63,490 nucleotides of DNA, filler included, from 9 parts of 9 records of this genome joined end to end with filler, not necessarily neighbours in it; one strand, 5' to 3'; positions 37,885-49,006 are shown, counted from the whole stretch's first letter. A program made the numbers and translations. Notes: a model not told the origin generated them from the letters alone.

Positions 37885-38925
37885 CTAACGCTTCCCTTTC
37901 GGGCGACCAACACGGCCTTTCCCCACCGGCTTGGCCCCTGCCTTGCTGTTTTTTCCTGCGCCAGCGGTTTTGCCCCTGGGCTGCGGTTTACCCGAAGCAC
38001 TGGCTTTTGGGCCAGTTCTCACTTTACCGCTGGCGGTTCTTTTACCCTTGGGCGGCGGTTTATTGCCAACCGTTTTAGCACCCGGCTTAGCCGGTTTCTG
38101 GCGACCCTGTTTCTGCCGCTCCTTGGTGGCTGTTTTTTTCGGTTTGTTAGCGCCTGACCCCGAATTGTAATCCGGCCTTGCTGTCTGGCTCTTTTCAGGC
38201 ACTGCCTCAGAGCGTTCTGTCAGCGCGACAATCGTATCAATCTCTTTAGGAGTTAGATCCCGCCAATCGCCCAGAGCCAACCCTTGCAGGGAAACATTCA
38301 TTATCCGTGTGCGAACAAGCTGGGTGACCTCGTAGCCAAAGTACTCGCACATACGGCGAATCTGGCGGTTCAACCCTTGCACCAGCGTAATAGTGAACAC
38401 AAACGTCGACGCTTTGGTCACTTTACACTTTTTAGTCACCTGCCCAAGGATCGGTACACCCTTTTGCATGCTGGCAACAAATTCATCGGTAATCGGCTTG
38501 TTGACCGTCACCACATACTCTTTTTCATGATTATTATTAGCGCGCAGGATCTTATTAACCAAGTCGCCATTATTGGTTAGAAAGATCAGCCCCTGTGAGT
38601 CTTTATCCAGCCGCCCGATGGGAAAGATGCGCGTGCCGTGCTTCACGAATTCAACAATATTGTCCTTTTCGCTGGACTCAGTGGTACTGACTATTCCCAC
38701 CGGCTTATTTAGCGCAATCAGCACTAAATCCTCTTCTTCCTGAGGCTCAATCTCTTGACCGTTGACCTTAACCCGATCACCCGGCACCACTTGGTCGCCT
38801 GTCGCTGCCCGACGCCCATTAATCCAAACGTTGCCTTGTTCAACATAGCGGTCAGCCTCTCGGCGAGAACACAAACCGCTTTCGCTGATGTATTTATTGA
38901 TGCGGGTAGATTTTCGTAACGACAT
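37885..38925 (-). CDS. rluF: 23S rRNA pseudouridine 2604 synthase
   Basis: S4 domain ([18 protein letters not shown]), [22 protein letters not shown] and a basic low-complexity tail. Confidence 0.93.
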   Translation of the reverse strand: MSLRKSTRINKYISESGLCSRREADRYVEQGNVWINGRRAATGDQVVPGDRVKVNGQEIEPQEEEDLVLIALNKPVGIVSTTESSEKDNIVEFVKHGTRIFPIGRLDKDSQGLIFLTNNGDLVNKILRANNNHEKEYVVTVNKPITDEFVASMQKGVPILGQVTKKCKVTKASTFVFTITLVQGLNRQIRRMCEYFGYEVTQLVRTRIMNVSLQGLALGDWRDLTPKEIDTIVALTERSEAVPEKSQTARPDYNSGSGANKPKKTATKERQKQGRQKPAKPGAKTVGNKPPPKGKRTASGKVRTGPKASASGKPQPRGKTAGAGKNSKAGAKPVGKGRVGRPKGKR

Positions 38926-38993
38926 AAAACGCCATAGGCAAGAGTGTGGTGAAGTGATTAAGTAAAATTCAAACGCTAACGTTAAAAGCCTGA

Positions 38994-39403
38994 CTAGAAG
39001 CCGGACCCAGGTTGTTTAAGAAACTCTATTTCGGCTGGCGTAGATACCCGGCCCAACACGTCGTTGCGGTGGGGATAACGACCAAAGCGGTCAATGATCG
39101 CTTTGTGACGAATTTCGAAATCCAGGTTGTTCTCTAAACCAGGCTGATCAAACAGCTGCATTGCCACCTCATGAATAGCGGCAGACTCACTGTGCATATA
39201 AGGCATGTATAAAAAACTACGCTCGACGGGAGCCAGTTCGTTATCCACCGCTAAAGCAACCGCTTCCTGTGCAAGCGCTAAGGCTAACGCGTCACTGGCG
39301 AAGGCTTGCAGGTGGTCACGATAGATATTTCGCGAAAACTGGTCCAACACAATAATTTCAGCCAGCCTCCCTCGAGCAGTACTGCGCCACTCATAACATT
39401 CAC
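38994..39403 (-). CDS. DUF924 family protein (5' truncated)
   Basis: [38 protein letters not shown]. Confidence 0.9.
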
Positions 39404-39503
39404 NNNNNNNNNNNNNNNNNNNNNNNNNNNNNNNNNNNNNNNNNNNNTTAATTAATTAANNNNNNNNNNNNNNNNNNNNNNNNNNNNNNNNNNNNNNNNN
39501 NNN

Positions 39504-39879
39504 CGGCCAACATAAACGTTCTATGAACTTAAAACGACGTGGTACAGCACCGCTATCAGATGTGATACGTGTGCATGCATTGGCTATCGGATCTAGAAAG
39601 CAGAATTCTTTTGAGCGACTTGAAGATATTATTGAGTCTAAATTACTTCCGCAAGGAAAAGCGCAAGACTTAAGAGATGCACTGGAGTACATTGCTATGA
39701 TCCGTATTAGGCATCAAGCGTGGCAAATTGAGCAGCTCAATGAACAACCTGATAATGACTTAGAACCCCATCTGCTATCACCATTTGAGCAACGAAATCT
39801 GAAAGAGGCCTTTGCAATTTTGGATAAAGCACAGAATTTTCTTAAATTTAAGTACTCTACAAATGTGTCTATTAAATAG
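39504..39879 (+). CDS. C-terminal part of a DUF294 nucleotidyltransferase-like protein (5' truncated)
   Basis: NLKRRGTAPLSDVIRVHALAIG..NSFERL..IRIRHQ..LSPFEQRNLKEAF fits DUF294_C. It sits directly upstream of an exonuclease, the usual partner. Confidence 0.85.
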
Positions 39880-39892
39880 TGAAGGAGGTTAA

Positions 39893-40582
39893 ATGCTAAG
39901 CTGGCCCAATCGTTATAAGCAGCTACTAAATCAATGCAAAACAAAACCGGTTCATGATTTTTATCAGCGCGTTGTAGACAAGCCATCAATGCCAATTAGC
40001 GAAGTACCTATGGTTGCGCTTGATTTTGAAACGACGGGTTTAGATTATTTAAATAATGATATTGTCAGTGTTGGATTAGTGCCATTTAATACTCAGCGTA
40101 TTCGGTGTCGCGACAGCCAGCAATGGCTGGTAAAGCCCAGACAAACTTTGGCTGAAGACTCAATAGTAATCCATGGCATTACACACACGGAGGTAAATCA
40201 GGCCCCTGATTTTTCCGAAATTATAACCCCCTTACTCACTGCTTTATCAGGCAAGGTAATTGTGGTTCACTTTGCTGCTGTTGAACGGCATTTTCTTTAC
40301 CATGCCTTAAAAGAGCGTTTAAATGAAGGACTTGAGTTTGCGGTTATTGATACAATGGAATTGGAAAAAAGGGCACTAAAAGCACGACAAGGTCTGTTAG
40401 GAAGAGTACTAAATCAAAAGCTTGATTCAGTGAGGTTAGCGGATTCGCGTTCACGATATTCTTTACCCGCTTATAACAACCACAATGCATCAACGGATGC
40501 CTTGGCTACAGCAGAGTTATTACAAGCTCAGTTGGCCTATCACTATCGCATTGACACACCGCTAAGTGATTTATGGGTATAA
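39893..40582 (+). CDS. DEDDh 3'-5' exonuclease (DnaQ-like)
   Basis: ExoI ALDFETTGL, a variant ExoII VHFAAVE, and ExoIII HNASTDA. Confidence 0.9.
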   Translation: MLSWPNRYKQLLNQCKTKPVHDFYQRVVDKPSMPISEVPMVALDFETTGLDYLNNDIVSVGLVPFNTQRIRCRDSQQWLVKPRQTLAEDSIVIHGITHTEVNQAPDFSEIITPLLTALSGKVIVVHFAAVERHFLYHALKERLNEGLEFAVIDTMELEKRALKARQGLLGRVLNQKLDSVRLADSRSRYSLPAYNNHNASTDALATAELLQAQLAYHYRIDTPLSDLWV

Positions 40583-40611
40583 AAAAACGCCGCAATCAAT
40601 GCGGCGTTCTT
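40581..40611. terminator. Probable bidirectional intrinsic terminator
   Basis: A7-flanked AACGCCGCA-atcaa-TGCGGCGTT between convergent genes. Confidence 0.85.
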
Positions 40612-40626
40612 ATTTGTAAATGTTAC

Positions 40627-42201
40627 TTAGCTTCTCGGTTCTGTCTTTAAACCCATTAATAAGCTAACACACATTAATAACAGCACAACGGTAAATGGCA
40701 GACCAGTAGACACAGCGCCAGCTTGTAAAGCTTCCATAGCCTGAGTGCCTCCCACCCAAAGCAAGGTGGCCGCAATTGCACCTTCAACAGATGCCCAAAA
40801 TATACGCTGTGGTACAGGCGCATCAACTTTGCCACCTGCTGTAATCGAGTCTATTACAAGTGAGCCTGAATCCGAAGAAGTAATAAAAAATACCAAAACC
40901 AAAACAACCGCAGTAAATGAAAGTAGCTTGGCCATAGGAAGTTCATCAAACATTTCAAACATAGCAAGAGGCACTTGCGTTAAACCGTCAGTACCTAGCT
41001 TACCAATGCCACTGACAACTTGATCGATGGCAATACCGCCATAAATCGACATCCACAATATGGTGACTAAAGTTGGGATGAGTAACACAGCTGTTAAAAA
41101 CTCTCTAATAGTACGTCCTTCAGACACACGAGCGATAAACATACCAACAAACGGTGACCATGATATCCACCAAGCCCAGTAAAATACAGTCCAACCATGC
41201 ATCCAGGTTTCATCTTCACGCCCATGAGGATTACTCAGTGGGATGATATTCTCAACATAGCCCATTACGGTGGTAGGAATATTGCCAACAGCAGCTGCGA
41301 AACCAACAAGACATACAAAAGTCATTAAGATAAATGCGATCAGCATGTTTACATTACTTAGAAGTTTCACACCGCCATCAATACCACGGACAACAGAAAT
41401 CACAGCCAGTAGTGTGACAACAGCAATAACCAGTATTTGTAAACCAACACCAGACTCCAAGCCGAAAACATGGTTAATACCAGCTGACGCCTGTTGTGCA
41501 CCTAGTCCAAGTGAAGTAGCTAAGCCAAATAAAGTTGCTAATACTGCTAAAATATCAATGATATGACCTGGCCAACCCCATGTTTTATCCCCAAGTATTG
41601 GATAGAAAATTGATCTAATAGACAGAGGTAAACCTTTATTGTATGTAAAAAAGGCAAGTGATAATGCAACAACGGCATAAATTGCCCATGGGTGTAAGCC
41701 CCAATGGAACATAGTTGCACCCATCGCTAGCTTTGCAGCTTCCGGGGTATTGGGTGTGACGTTTAAAGGTGTTTCATACCAACCAGTAAAATAGGCAACA
41801 GGTTCAGCAACGCCCCAAAACATTAAACCTATACCCATGCCGGCTGCAAACAGCATTGCCATCCACGATAAGCGAGAGTGAGTTGGGCGTGCATTAACAC
41901 CGCCTAGTCTAATTTTGCCGTAGGGGGAAAGAATGAGTCCTATACAAAATAATAGAAATATATTGGCAGACCACATTAAAAAACTATCAAAATGATTAAT
42001 AATATCGAATTTAATGCCATCTAAAGTGGATTTTGCAGTTTGTGGATCACTGACTAAAACAGCGATTAAGAAAATTAGAATTAAACCTGCGCTTGTTCCA
42101 AAAACCGGGTTATGAACATCAAACCCCCATTTTTGCACATTATCCTGACCGACAGTGTAATCAGTATTATCAATGCTATATTTGTCATGATTATCGCTCA
42201 T
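40627..42201 (-). CDS. BCCT family (betaine/choline/carnitine) transporter
   Basis: SWMAMLFAAGMGIGLMFWGVAEP, FHWGLHPWAIY, WTVFYWAWWISWSPFVGMFIARVS, FFITSSDSG. A GAGG RBS favours the start at 42201. Confidence 0.95.
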   Translation of the reverse strand: MSDNHDKYSIDNTDYTVGQDNVQKWGFDVHNPVFGTSAGLILIFLIAVLVSDPQTAKSTLDGIKFDIINHFDSFLMWSANIFLLFCIGLILSPYGKIRLGGVNARPTHSRLSWMAMLFAAGMGIGLMFWGVAEPVAYFTGWYETPLNVTPNTPEAAKLAMGATMFHWGLHPWAIYAVVALSLAFFTYNKGLPLSIRSIFYPILGDKTWGWPGHIIDILAVLATLFGLATSLGLGAQQASAGINHVFGLESGVGLQILVIAVVTLLAVISVVRGIDGGVKLLSNVNMLIAFILMTFVCLVGFAAAVGNIPTTVMGYVENIIPLSNPHGREDETWMHGWTVFYWAWWISWSPFVGMFIARVSEGRTIREFLTAVLLIPTLVTILWMSIYGGIAIDQVVSGIGKLGTDGLTQVPLAMFEMFDELPMAKLLSFTAVVLVLVFFITSSDSGSLVIDSITAGGKVDAPVPQRIFWASVEGAIAATLLWVGGTQAMEALQAGAVSTGLPFTVVLLLMCVSLLMGLKTEPRS

Positions 42202-42627
42202 GAAAAACCTCATTTGTTTATTTTGATTTGTATTAAGCTAAATTTGGCATTAAATTTAAAGTATGGTTCGTATACGAACCATTTACTAAAAAGAACGAAC
42301 TAGAATAAGTGTAGAAGTTTACTCATCAATGTAAATAATTTAACCTTAAAATCATAATTTATATTAATTATTACTCTTAGAGCTTACAGGAGTAGGTTAA
42401 ATTTGTCATGGGGAGGGCAAAAATAAAAGATAAATAAAAATATCAGATACTTTTCAAATGACAATTTGCTTAGTGTTGAGAATATTTTTTTTTTGGAAAG
42501 GCTAAAATAACCACATATCTAAATTTATAAATAACAAGGGCTAGAAAAATATTAATGTTAGCAGAAAATAAAGACCGTACAATGCACAAGTTTGTACAGT
42601 CTTTATAAGATTTATTGAGAGCTAAAG

Positions 42628-44295
42628 TTACTTAGTATAAGCATCATTGTGAATACCCGCGGCTCGCCCAGATGGATCAGCATTATTTTGAAACGACGCA
42701 TCCCAAGCTAGTGCTTCAGGTGTTGAACAAGCGACTGACTTACCATGTGGTACGCACTTAGCTGCAGCATCTCCTGGGAAGTGAGACTCAAAAATTGAGC
42801 GATAAAAATACGCTTCTTTAGAATCAGGTGTATTTATAGGGTATTTAAATTTCGCATTCGCTAAATCTTGATCACTTACCTGTTCAGCCACATAGTCTTT
42901 TAAAGTGTCAATCCAGCTGTAACCAACCCCATCAGAGAACTGCTCTTTTTGACGCCATAAAACTTCATCGGGCAAATAGCCGTCAAAACCTTCGCGTAAA
43001 ATGTGTTTTTCAATTTTTCCGTCTTTACACATTTTGGCTTCAGGGTTGGTGCGCATTGCCACATCAACAAATTCTTTATCCAAAAATGGCACACGTGCTT
43101 CAACACCCCATGCCGCCATAGATTTGTTAGCGCGTAGACAATCAAACATGTGTAACTTGGACACTTTACGATTAAGTTCTTCATGGAACTCTTGTGCATT
43201 TGGCGCTTTATGAAAGTATAAGTATCCACCGAATAATTCGTCAGCACCTTCACCAGAGAGCACCATTTTTATTCCCATGGCTTTAATTTGTCGCGCCATT
43301 AAATACATCGGTGTTGAAGCCCGAATTGTTGTTACATCATATGTCTCTATGTGATAAATCACTTCTTTTAGAGCGTCTATTCCTTCTTGTATTGTGAAAT
43401 GAATAGGGTGGTGCACGGTTCCAATCATATCAGCGACCTTTTGGGCCGCGGCTAAGTCAGGTGATCCTTCAAGACCGACTGAAAATGAATGTAATTTAGG
43501 CCACCAAGCGTCACTTTCGTCATTATCTTCAATTCGTTTTGCAGCAAAGCGTTGTGTAATTGCAGAGATGACTGATGAATCAAGACCACCAGAGAGTAAA
43601 ACACCATAGGGCACATCACACATTAATTGGCGTTTAACTGCTGCCTCTAATGCGTCCTTTACATCTTCTGCTTTAGCATCATTATTTTTAACGGCATCAA
43701 AAGTTTGCCAATCACGCGCGTAATATGGGCGTAACTCACCGTCTTTACTGTATAAGTAATGACCCGGTGGAAACTCTTCGATGTGTTTACAAATAGGTGA
43801 AAGTGCTTTTAATTCAGACGCAACATAGAAATTTCCATGTTCATCATGCCCTGTATAAAGCGGGATGATGCCAATATGGTCCCGGCCAATAAGGTATGCA
43901 TCATTTTCTTCATCGTATAAGCAAAAAGCAAATATGCCATTTAGATCGTCTAAAAACTCAGGGCCTTTTTCTTTGTAAAGCGCCAATATAACTTCGCAAT
44001 CTGATTGTGTTTGAAAAGTAAAATCAGTCGTTAAGTCAGCTGCCAGTTCTTTATGGTTATAGATTTCCCCGTTAACAGCGAGAATATTTGTTTTTTCTAG
44101 GTTGTATAATGGTTGTGCGCCACTGCTTACACCAACAATTGCTAAGCGTTCATGCACTAAAATAGCTTTATCAGATGAGTACACGCCGGACCAATCTGGT
44201 CCGCGGTGACGTAATAACTTCGACATTTCAATTGCTTGACTACGCAACTGTGTGGCATCAGACTTAATGTCTAATACACCAAAAATTGAACACAT
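42628..44295 (-). CDS. asnB: Glutamine-dependent asparagine synthetase B
   Basis: N-terminal MCSIF (Ntn Cys), RHRGPDWSG, LLSGGLDSS, SGEGADELFGGY, WRQKEQFSDGVG. Confidence 0.98.
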   Translation of the reverse strand: MCSIFGVLDIKSDATQLRSQAIEMSKLLRHRGPDWSGVYSSDKAILVHERLAIVGVSSGAQPLYNLEKTNILAVNGEIYNHKELAADLTTDFTFQTQSDCEVILALYKEKGPEFLDDLNGIFAFCLYDEENDAYLIGRDHIGIIPLYTGHDEHGNFYVASELKALSPICKHIEEFPPGHYLYSKDGELRPYYARDWQTFDAVKNNDAKAEDVKDALEAAVKRQLMCDVPYGVLLSGGLDSSVISAITQRFAAKRIEDNDESDAWWPKLHSFSVGLEGSPDLAAAQKVADMIGTVHHPIHFTIQEGIDALKEVIYHIETYDVTTIRASTPMYLMARQIKAMGIKMVLSGEGADELFGGYLYFHKAPNAQEFHEELNRKVSKLHMFDCLRANKSMAAWGVEARVPFLDKEFVDVAMRTNPEAKMCKDGKIEKHILREGFDGYLPDEVLWRQKEQFSDGVGYSWIDTLKDYVAEQVSDQDLANAKFKYPINTPDSKEAYFYRSIFESHFPGDAAAKCVPHGKSVACSTPEALAWDASFQNNADPSGRAAGIHNDAYTK

Positions 44296-44571
44296 AGTAA
44301 CTCCTCATTCCTATCATGTGTGCGCTTAAAACAGATTTATTTTATACGCGAACCTTTGTTTTATCAGAAATAAATAACTAAGTCACATAGCTTTTACAAT
44401 ATTTTTAGAATAATTTATGCACCACTATATTTGTTAATGCACTAAAGAGGGGAATTATCTTTATTCTGGCCAGTGATGAGCCTGTTTTATGAATGGCAAG
44501 CCAATTATATGGGTATTTAATTCATTATTATGCTGCGTAAGCGCACCAAGGTGGTGCGCATTAATAAAAAT

Positions 44572-45501
44572 TTAATAGGCATTACTTAATGCAATAGCAA
44601 GCTGTGCAAAGTGTGCTGTCATTTTCTTTTGTGCTTTAATTGCTGTGCTCATATCGACGTATTCGAAGCGGATACTGTCACCTGGTTTTAGTTGAGCAAA
44701 GTGATGCAAATCTGCACTAATGATAGTGCCAAGTAGGGGGTAACCCCCTGTTGTTTGTGCATCGTTCAGCAAAACAATCGGCTCACCATTTGGCGGCAAT
44801 TGAATAGAGCCGGGATTAACAGCAAGTGATGGAAGAGAGTGACTATGAGACAACGTTGAATTTTCATTTGAAAGCCTGACACCCATTCGATTGCTTTGTG
44901 GTTTCACACACCAGCTTATTTCACAAAATGAGCGTAATGCATGTTCAGTTAATAAGTCAGCATGAATACTTGAGTGAACGCGAATAACATTTCGCTTTGG
45001 TGGTAATACTCCTCCTCTTTTAGGCCAATCTTTATAATACGGTTGGATTTGAATGTTATCACCTTGTTTGAGTGCTCGACCATTCGTACCACCAAACCCT
45101 GCCGCCAAGTCAGTTGAGCGAGAGCCCATTACAGGTTCACATAAGACGCCGCCTTTTACGCCAACATAGGCTCTAAAACCATTTCGAGCAGTCTTAAAGG
45201 ATAAAGTTTGTCCTTGCTTAATAGCATACGTCCAGCCAGGGTAGACTGGTTTGTCGTCTAATTGAGCCTGCATGTCCGTACCTATTAAAGCGATGACGGT
45301 GTCACATTTAAATAGTAACTTTGCAAGACCCAGTGTAATTTCTATCACAGCATCATCTATGTCGTTTTTCAGCAAGGTGTTTGCCATTTTTGCTGCGAAT
45401 GGGTCGATTGCACCTGACTGCGATACTCCGATATGTCGAAAACCAAATCGGCCTTGGTCTTGAATACTCATTAATAAACCAGCTTTCAATACTTCTATCA
45501 T
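44572..45501 (-). CDS. pxpC: 5-oxoprolinase subunit C / KipA-like
   Basis: IQDQGRFG, GSRSTD, SNRMGVRL, GSIQLPPNGEPIVLLNDAQTTGGYP. Confidence 0.9.
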   Translation of the reverse strand: MIEVLKAGLLMSIQDQGRFGFRHIGVSQSGAIDPFAAKMANTLLKNDIDDAVIEITLGLAKLLFKCDTVIALIGTDMQAQLDDKPVYPGWTYAIKQGQTLSFKTARNGFRAYVGVKGGVLCEPVMGSRSTDLAAGFGGTNGRALKQGDNIQIQPYYKDWPKRGGVLPPKRNVIRVHSSIHADLLTEHALRSFCEISWCVKPQSNRMGVRLSNENSTLSHSHSLPSLAVNPGSIQLPPNGEPIVLLNDAQTTGGYPLLGTIISADLHHFAQLKPGDSIRFEYVDMSTAIKAQKKMTAHFAQLAIALSNAY

Positions 45502-46187
45502 GACAACGCCTCATCGGATATGAATTGTAATGTATCACCGGGTGCTATCGCACACGGAGGAGCTTTTTGCCAATCGAATAAACTAAAATCAGTGTGACCA
45601 ATGATATGCCAACCACCAGGTGAATCAGCTGGGTAAATTCCTGTTTGATCAGCGCCTATAGCCACAGAGCCTTTAGGCACATGCGTTCTCGGTTCAGAAC
45701 GACGAGGTGTATGAAGCTCACTAGGTAAGCCGTGTATGTAAGTAAAACCAGGCTTAAAACCCAAAAATAAAACGTGGTAAGTAACACTGGTGTGTAATTC
45801 GATTACTCGCTGGGTTGATATACCGTGATGCTCAGCAATAAACTCAAGATCTGCCCCGGTACTACCGCCATATTGAGTGATAATTTTATGATGAGTGCCT
45901 TTATTTTCTTCAATGTCTGTTGTTTCCCACCAAAGTAATAACTTTTCTTGCCATTGGTTACTATCATCTGAATTAGCCAAGTATAAAGTTAATGAGTTCA
46001 TAGCTGGAACAATATCAATGAAAGCAGCGGTTGCTTTGCATCGCTTTACTAAAGCCCATATCTTCTTTTGCACGGATAAAAGGGGATCTTTTAGATGGGT
46101 GGCATCTAAAAACAGAGTATGGGAACTGGTAGCAGTGATTTTAACATTTTGCTGTAAATTCATTACGTTGATACTGTAATTATTCAT
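45498..46187 (-). CDS. pxpB: 5-oxoprolinase subunit B / KipI-like
   Basis: IVPAMNSL, YGGSTGADL, FLGFKPGFTY, PRRSEPR, GSVAIG..TGIYP..SPGGWHIIG. 4-nt overlap with pxpC. Confidence 0.9.
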   Translation of the reverse strand: MNNYSINVMNLQQNVKITATSSHTLFLDATHLKDPLLSVQKKIWALVKRCKATAAFIDIVPAMNSLTLYLANSDDSNQWQEKLLLWWETTDIEENKGTHHKIITQYGGSTGADLEFIAEHHGISTQRVIELHTSVTYHVLFLGFKPGFTYIHGLPSELHTPRRSEPRTHVPKGSVAIGADQTGIYPADSPGGWHIIGHTDFSLFDWQKAPPCAIAPGDTLQFISDEALS

Positions 46188-46268
46188 ACTGCTAAACTAG
46201 CACAATAAAGACAATATGTTTACAGGAATAAAAGTTGAACAACAGGAGGGCAGTTAAACACGCTAATT

Positions 46269-46304
46269 AAAGCATGCACCATTTGAACTAATGATGCATG
46301 CTTT
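46269..46304. terminator. Hairpin or terminator upstream of pxpB
   Basis: AAAGCATGCAcCATT..AATGaTGCATGCTTT inverted repeat. Confidence 0.55.
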
Positions 46305-46448
46305 CGTACCTAAGCTTGCTCAAGATGCAGAATTCAGCGTTTTACAGGNNNNNNNNNNNNNNNNNNNNNNNNNNNNNNNNNNNNNNNNNNNNTTAATTAA
46401 TTAANNNNNNNNNNNNNNNNNNNNNNNNNNNNNNNNNNNNNNNNNNNN

Positions 46449-46633
46449 TGCAAGCTCTATTCCGGTACCGTCGCCTATGTTGGCGCAAACGCCGCCCAGG
46501 TACGCTCATACAAGCTATATTCCGGTACCGTCGCCCATGTTGGCGCAAACACCGCTCAGGTACGCTCAACTACGTTTGTGCAAGCTTTATTCCGGTACCG
46601 TCGCCGATGTTGGCGCAAGCCCCGCCCAGGTAC
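46449..46633. repeat. 60-bp tandem repeat, about 3 copies, at contig edge
   Basis: Units start at 46449, 46509 and 46579, with a 10-bp insertion before the third. Core is TATTCCGGTACCGTCGCCNATGTTGGCGCAA. Confidence 0.95.
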
Positions 46634-46890
46634 AGTCGCCTACGACGCGGGGATGGAAGCGCGTCGGCATGATACAGCCAAGGACATCCTCTACTCGTTT
46701 GCCCAGCGATTTCAATAGCATCTACTTAAACTCACTAATATCCTGCTGATCATGACATCGAATGCCATGCTATTGTTTCGTCCGAAGAAGGCAAGGGAGG
46801 CACTGCGCCATTGCCATCGGCTCCTTCCTCACCCCACCACGCCAAGAGTGCTGTGCACAGCTCCCTTGGCGTGCCAGCAACATACCGATT

Positions 46891-49006
46891 ACGTCCCCAG
46901 ATCCGAGAATATGAAACAATCCAGACCCAATATTCGAAATATCAGACGCAAGATCGCGTATAGCCTTGGAATCGAGGGGCCCTGCGGTCCCAACATCGTG
47001 TACTGTCGTGGGGCCTGTGAAGGCTGCACGAACGGCGCTCTCGAGAGGCTCTGCAACCTTGAGAAGCTCCTGCACGTTCCCACAGCACAGTCGCACCGCC
47101 GCAGCAGCAGGTGCTCAGTGACCCCCTCCTATGTTCTTATATTCGTACAAAGAAAAAAACTCCAGACATCAGCAAAGCCATCATGCGCACACAAAATTCA
47201 ATATTGCCAGCCATGGTATGCCGACTTTACCGCAATGCACTGCGGTGCTTGAGCTGCTGCGTTTACAACGGAGGAGGCAGGCGATCCTCTGCGCCCATCG
47301 AATGTTTCGGTATCGGAGAAATGGCTGGCAACCCGATCGGCCATCCAAACCACACGTAGACAAAGCAGCACGCGCATCGCTTTAGTAAAACAAGAAATGC
47401 ACCAACCAGTAGACACACAAAGTTCGCAAACTCTGACAACGGTCTTCCGGAGCGAATGTACAAGAAACAGTATGATACAGAGCGTGAAGAAGGAGAAACG
47501 CACGCGAGCAGCGTAGCCGTCCGCGGCATAAAGTCGCTTAATGTTCAGTCGGATGCCGGCATGTATGGCCATGAACCTTGCCGTCTGGACAAGAAACTCT
47601 ACTCGGTCGTCTTCGGTCGAGATTTCATCACTTACACTATACGATGGGTCATATCTGTACATCAGAACGAAAAAGAAAGCATCAGTCCCGCACGGCGCGC
47701 GCGTGCGCGTACGAACCATTGTAAACCGGGTGTAGCTCGGGGTACGGCGAACGCGGCGAAGTTGTACCGAGTCTGCGACGGAGGGCTCTGTGTACGACTC
47801 AGATCACGCTTCTTGTTGCGGCAAACGGGGCAGAAACATGTCACACTCCGCACCTATTATTCGTGCATCGTACTGATAGTATGTAGATATGCGTAAAAGG
47901 GATGCCTATTCCCGAAGCAAAGCGGCGTCGAACCATAGCAGCACAATAACGGGGGAAAGCGGAAGCAGCAACGATAGCAATCTCTCTTCGCTGCCAAGGA
48001 AAGCGTTTTGCGCAACGCTGCACCCTTGCATTTCGTGACGTGGAGCACTTTTGTGTATCTTACTCCTCGTGTAGTCACGCAATCCTTTTAATATACATGG
48101 TAACTACAATGAACACCAATTGTGGACATCTTCGAAGCGAGACAGTCTTGAAGCAACGCAGTACGGGGAACAGCTGGAGGAAACACAAAGCGACCGGCTG
48201 CAGCAACGAGATTTCCCCATTGCTGAAGCCAGTCGCGCCCCACGTCAACCGCAACAATGAAATGCGAATGAATCCCCAGCACCTGGTGCGACTCCCCACA
48301 AGTACCGCAAATGCACAGCTAGCATAGCGAAGTACTCCGAGTCTCTGTTTCGTCGAGCGGCGGTTTTACTCACAGAGTGAGCATGGCAGCGATGGGAGGA
48401 CTGCGACCCTGTCCTGCTCAACGAAGCTCCGTGCGCGACGCAGGCCGACCCTATGCACGGTGCACCAAAAAAAAAAAAAAAAAGCGTCCACATTGCCACC
48501 ACGCCCCCTCCCAAAGATAGTATACACAAGCTGATTGGGGTAGCCAATTAAATCTTTGCAATGACATACACCCGAACAATACCACATCACAGTACCGGAA
48601 AGCGCGAATGCCGTTTTGGCGTATCTATACGGCTGGCACGTAAAGTGGGCGCTCCATCCGTCCCGAGCCAGCTTGCGGATACAAGCGGTGCGCACCCACG
48701 CCGAGCAAGCGTGACGGAGGCGCGCACAAAAACAAATCAAAATACCCAGTTGATCACAAAGTTACTGAAAAGGACACTTTCGAAGCCATGCAGAAACGAA
48801 AAATGAAACCGGCACGCAGCGCTCTTCCACCCAAGACGTGACCGGCAAGGCGACACGGCCGCACATACATACCGAGAAACGAGCCAGAACAAAATGTCGG
48901 CCACCAGCTCAAAGTTGCTCGACCTGAAACTGTCTACCGGCACAAGCTGTGGATACCCCAACTCCAGTAAGATTTCCGAGAGATGTCGGAGCTCGCGAAA
49001 CGACAT
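46891..49006 (-). CDS. CLUAP1: Intraflagellar transport protein IFT38/CLUAP1, 5' exons
   Basis: MSFRELRHLSEILLELGYPQLVPVDSFRSSNFELVADILFWLVSR|YDP..TEDDRVEFL..IRLNIKRLYAADGYAAR|ELLKVA..IRDLASDIS. The downstream exons were not resolved. Confidence 0.9.

Noticed and set aside
33844-46348. Horizontal transfer of bacterial operons into the eukaryote
   Set aside because: The bacterial genes are confined to their own linker-bounded contigs, with RBSs, terminators and no introns.
46449-46633. CRISPR array
   Set aside because: The units are contiguous near-identical 60-mers with no unique spacers, no cas genes are nearby, and the contig is eukaryotic.
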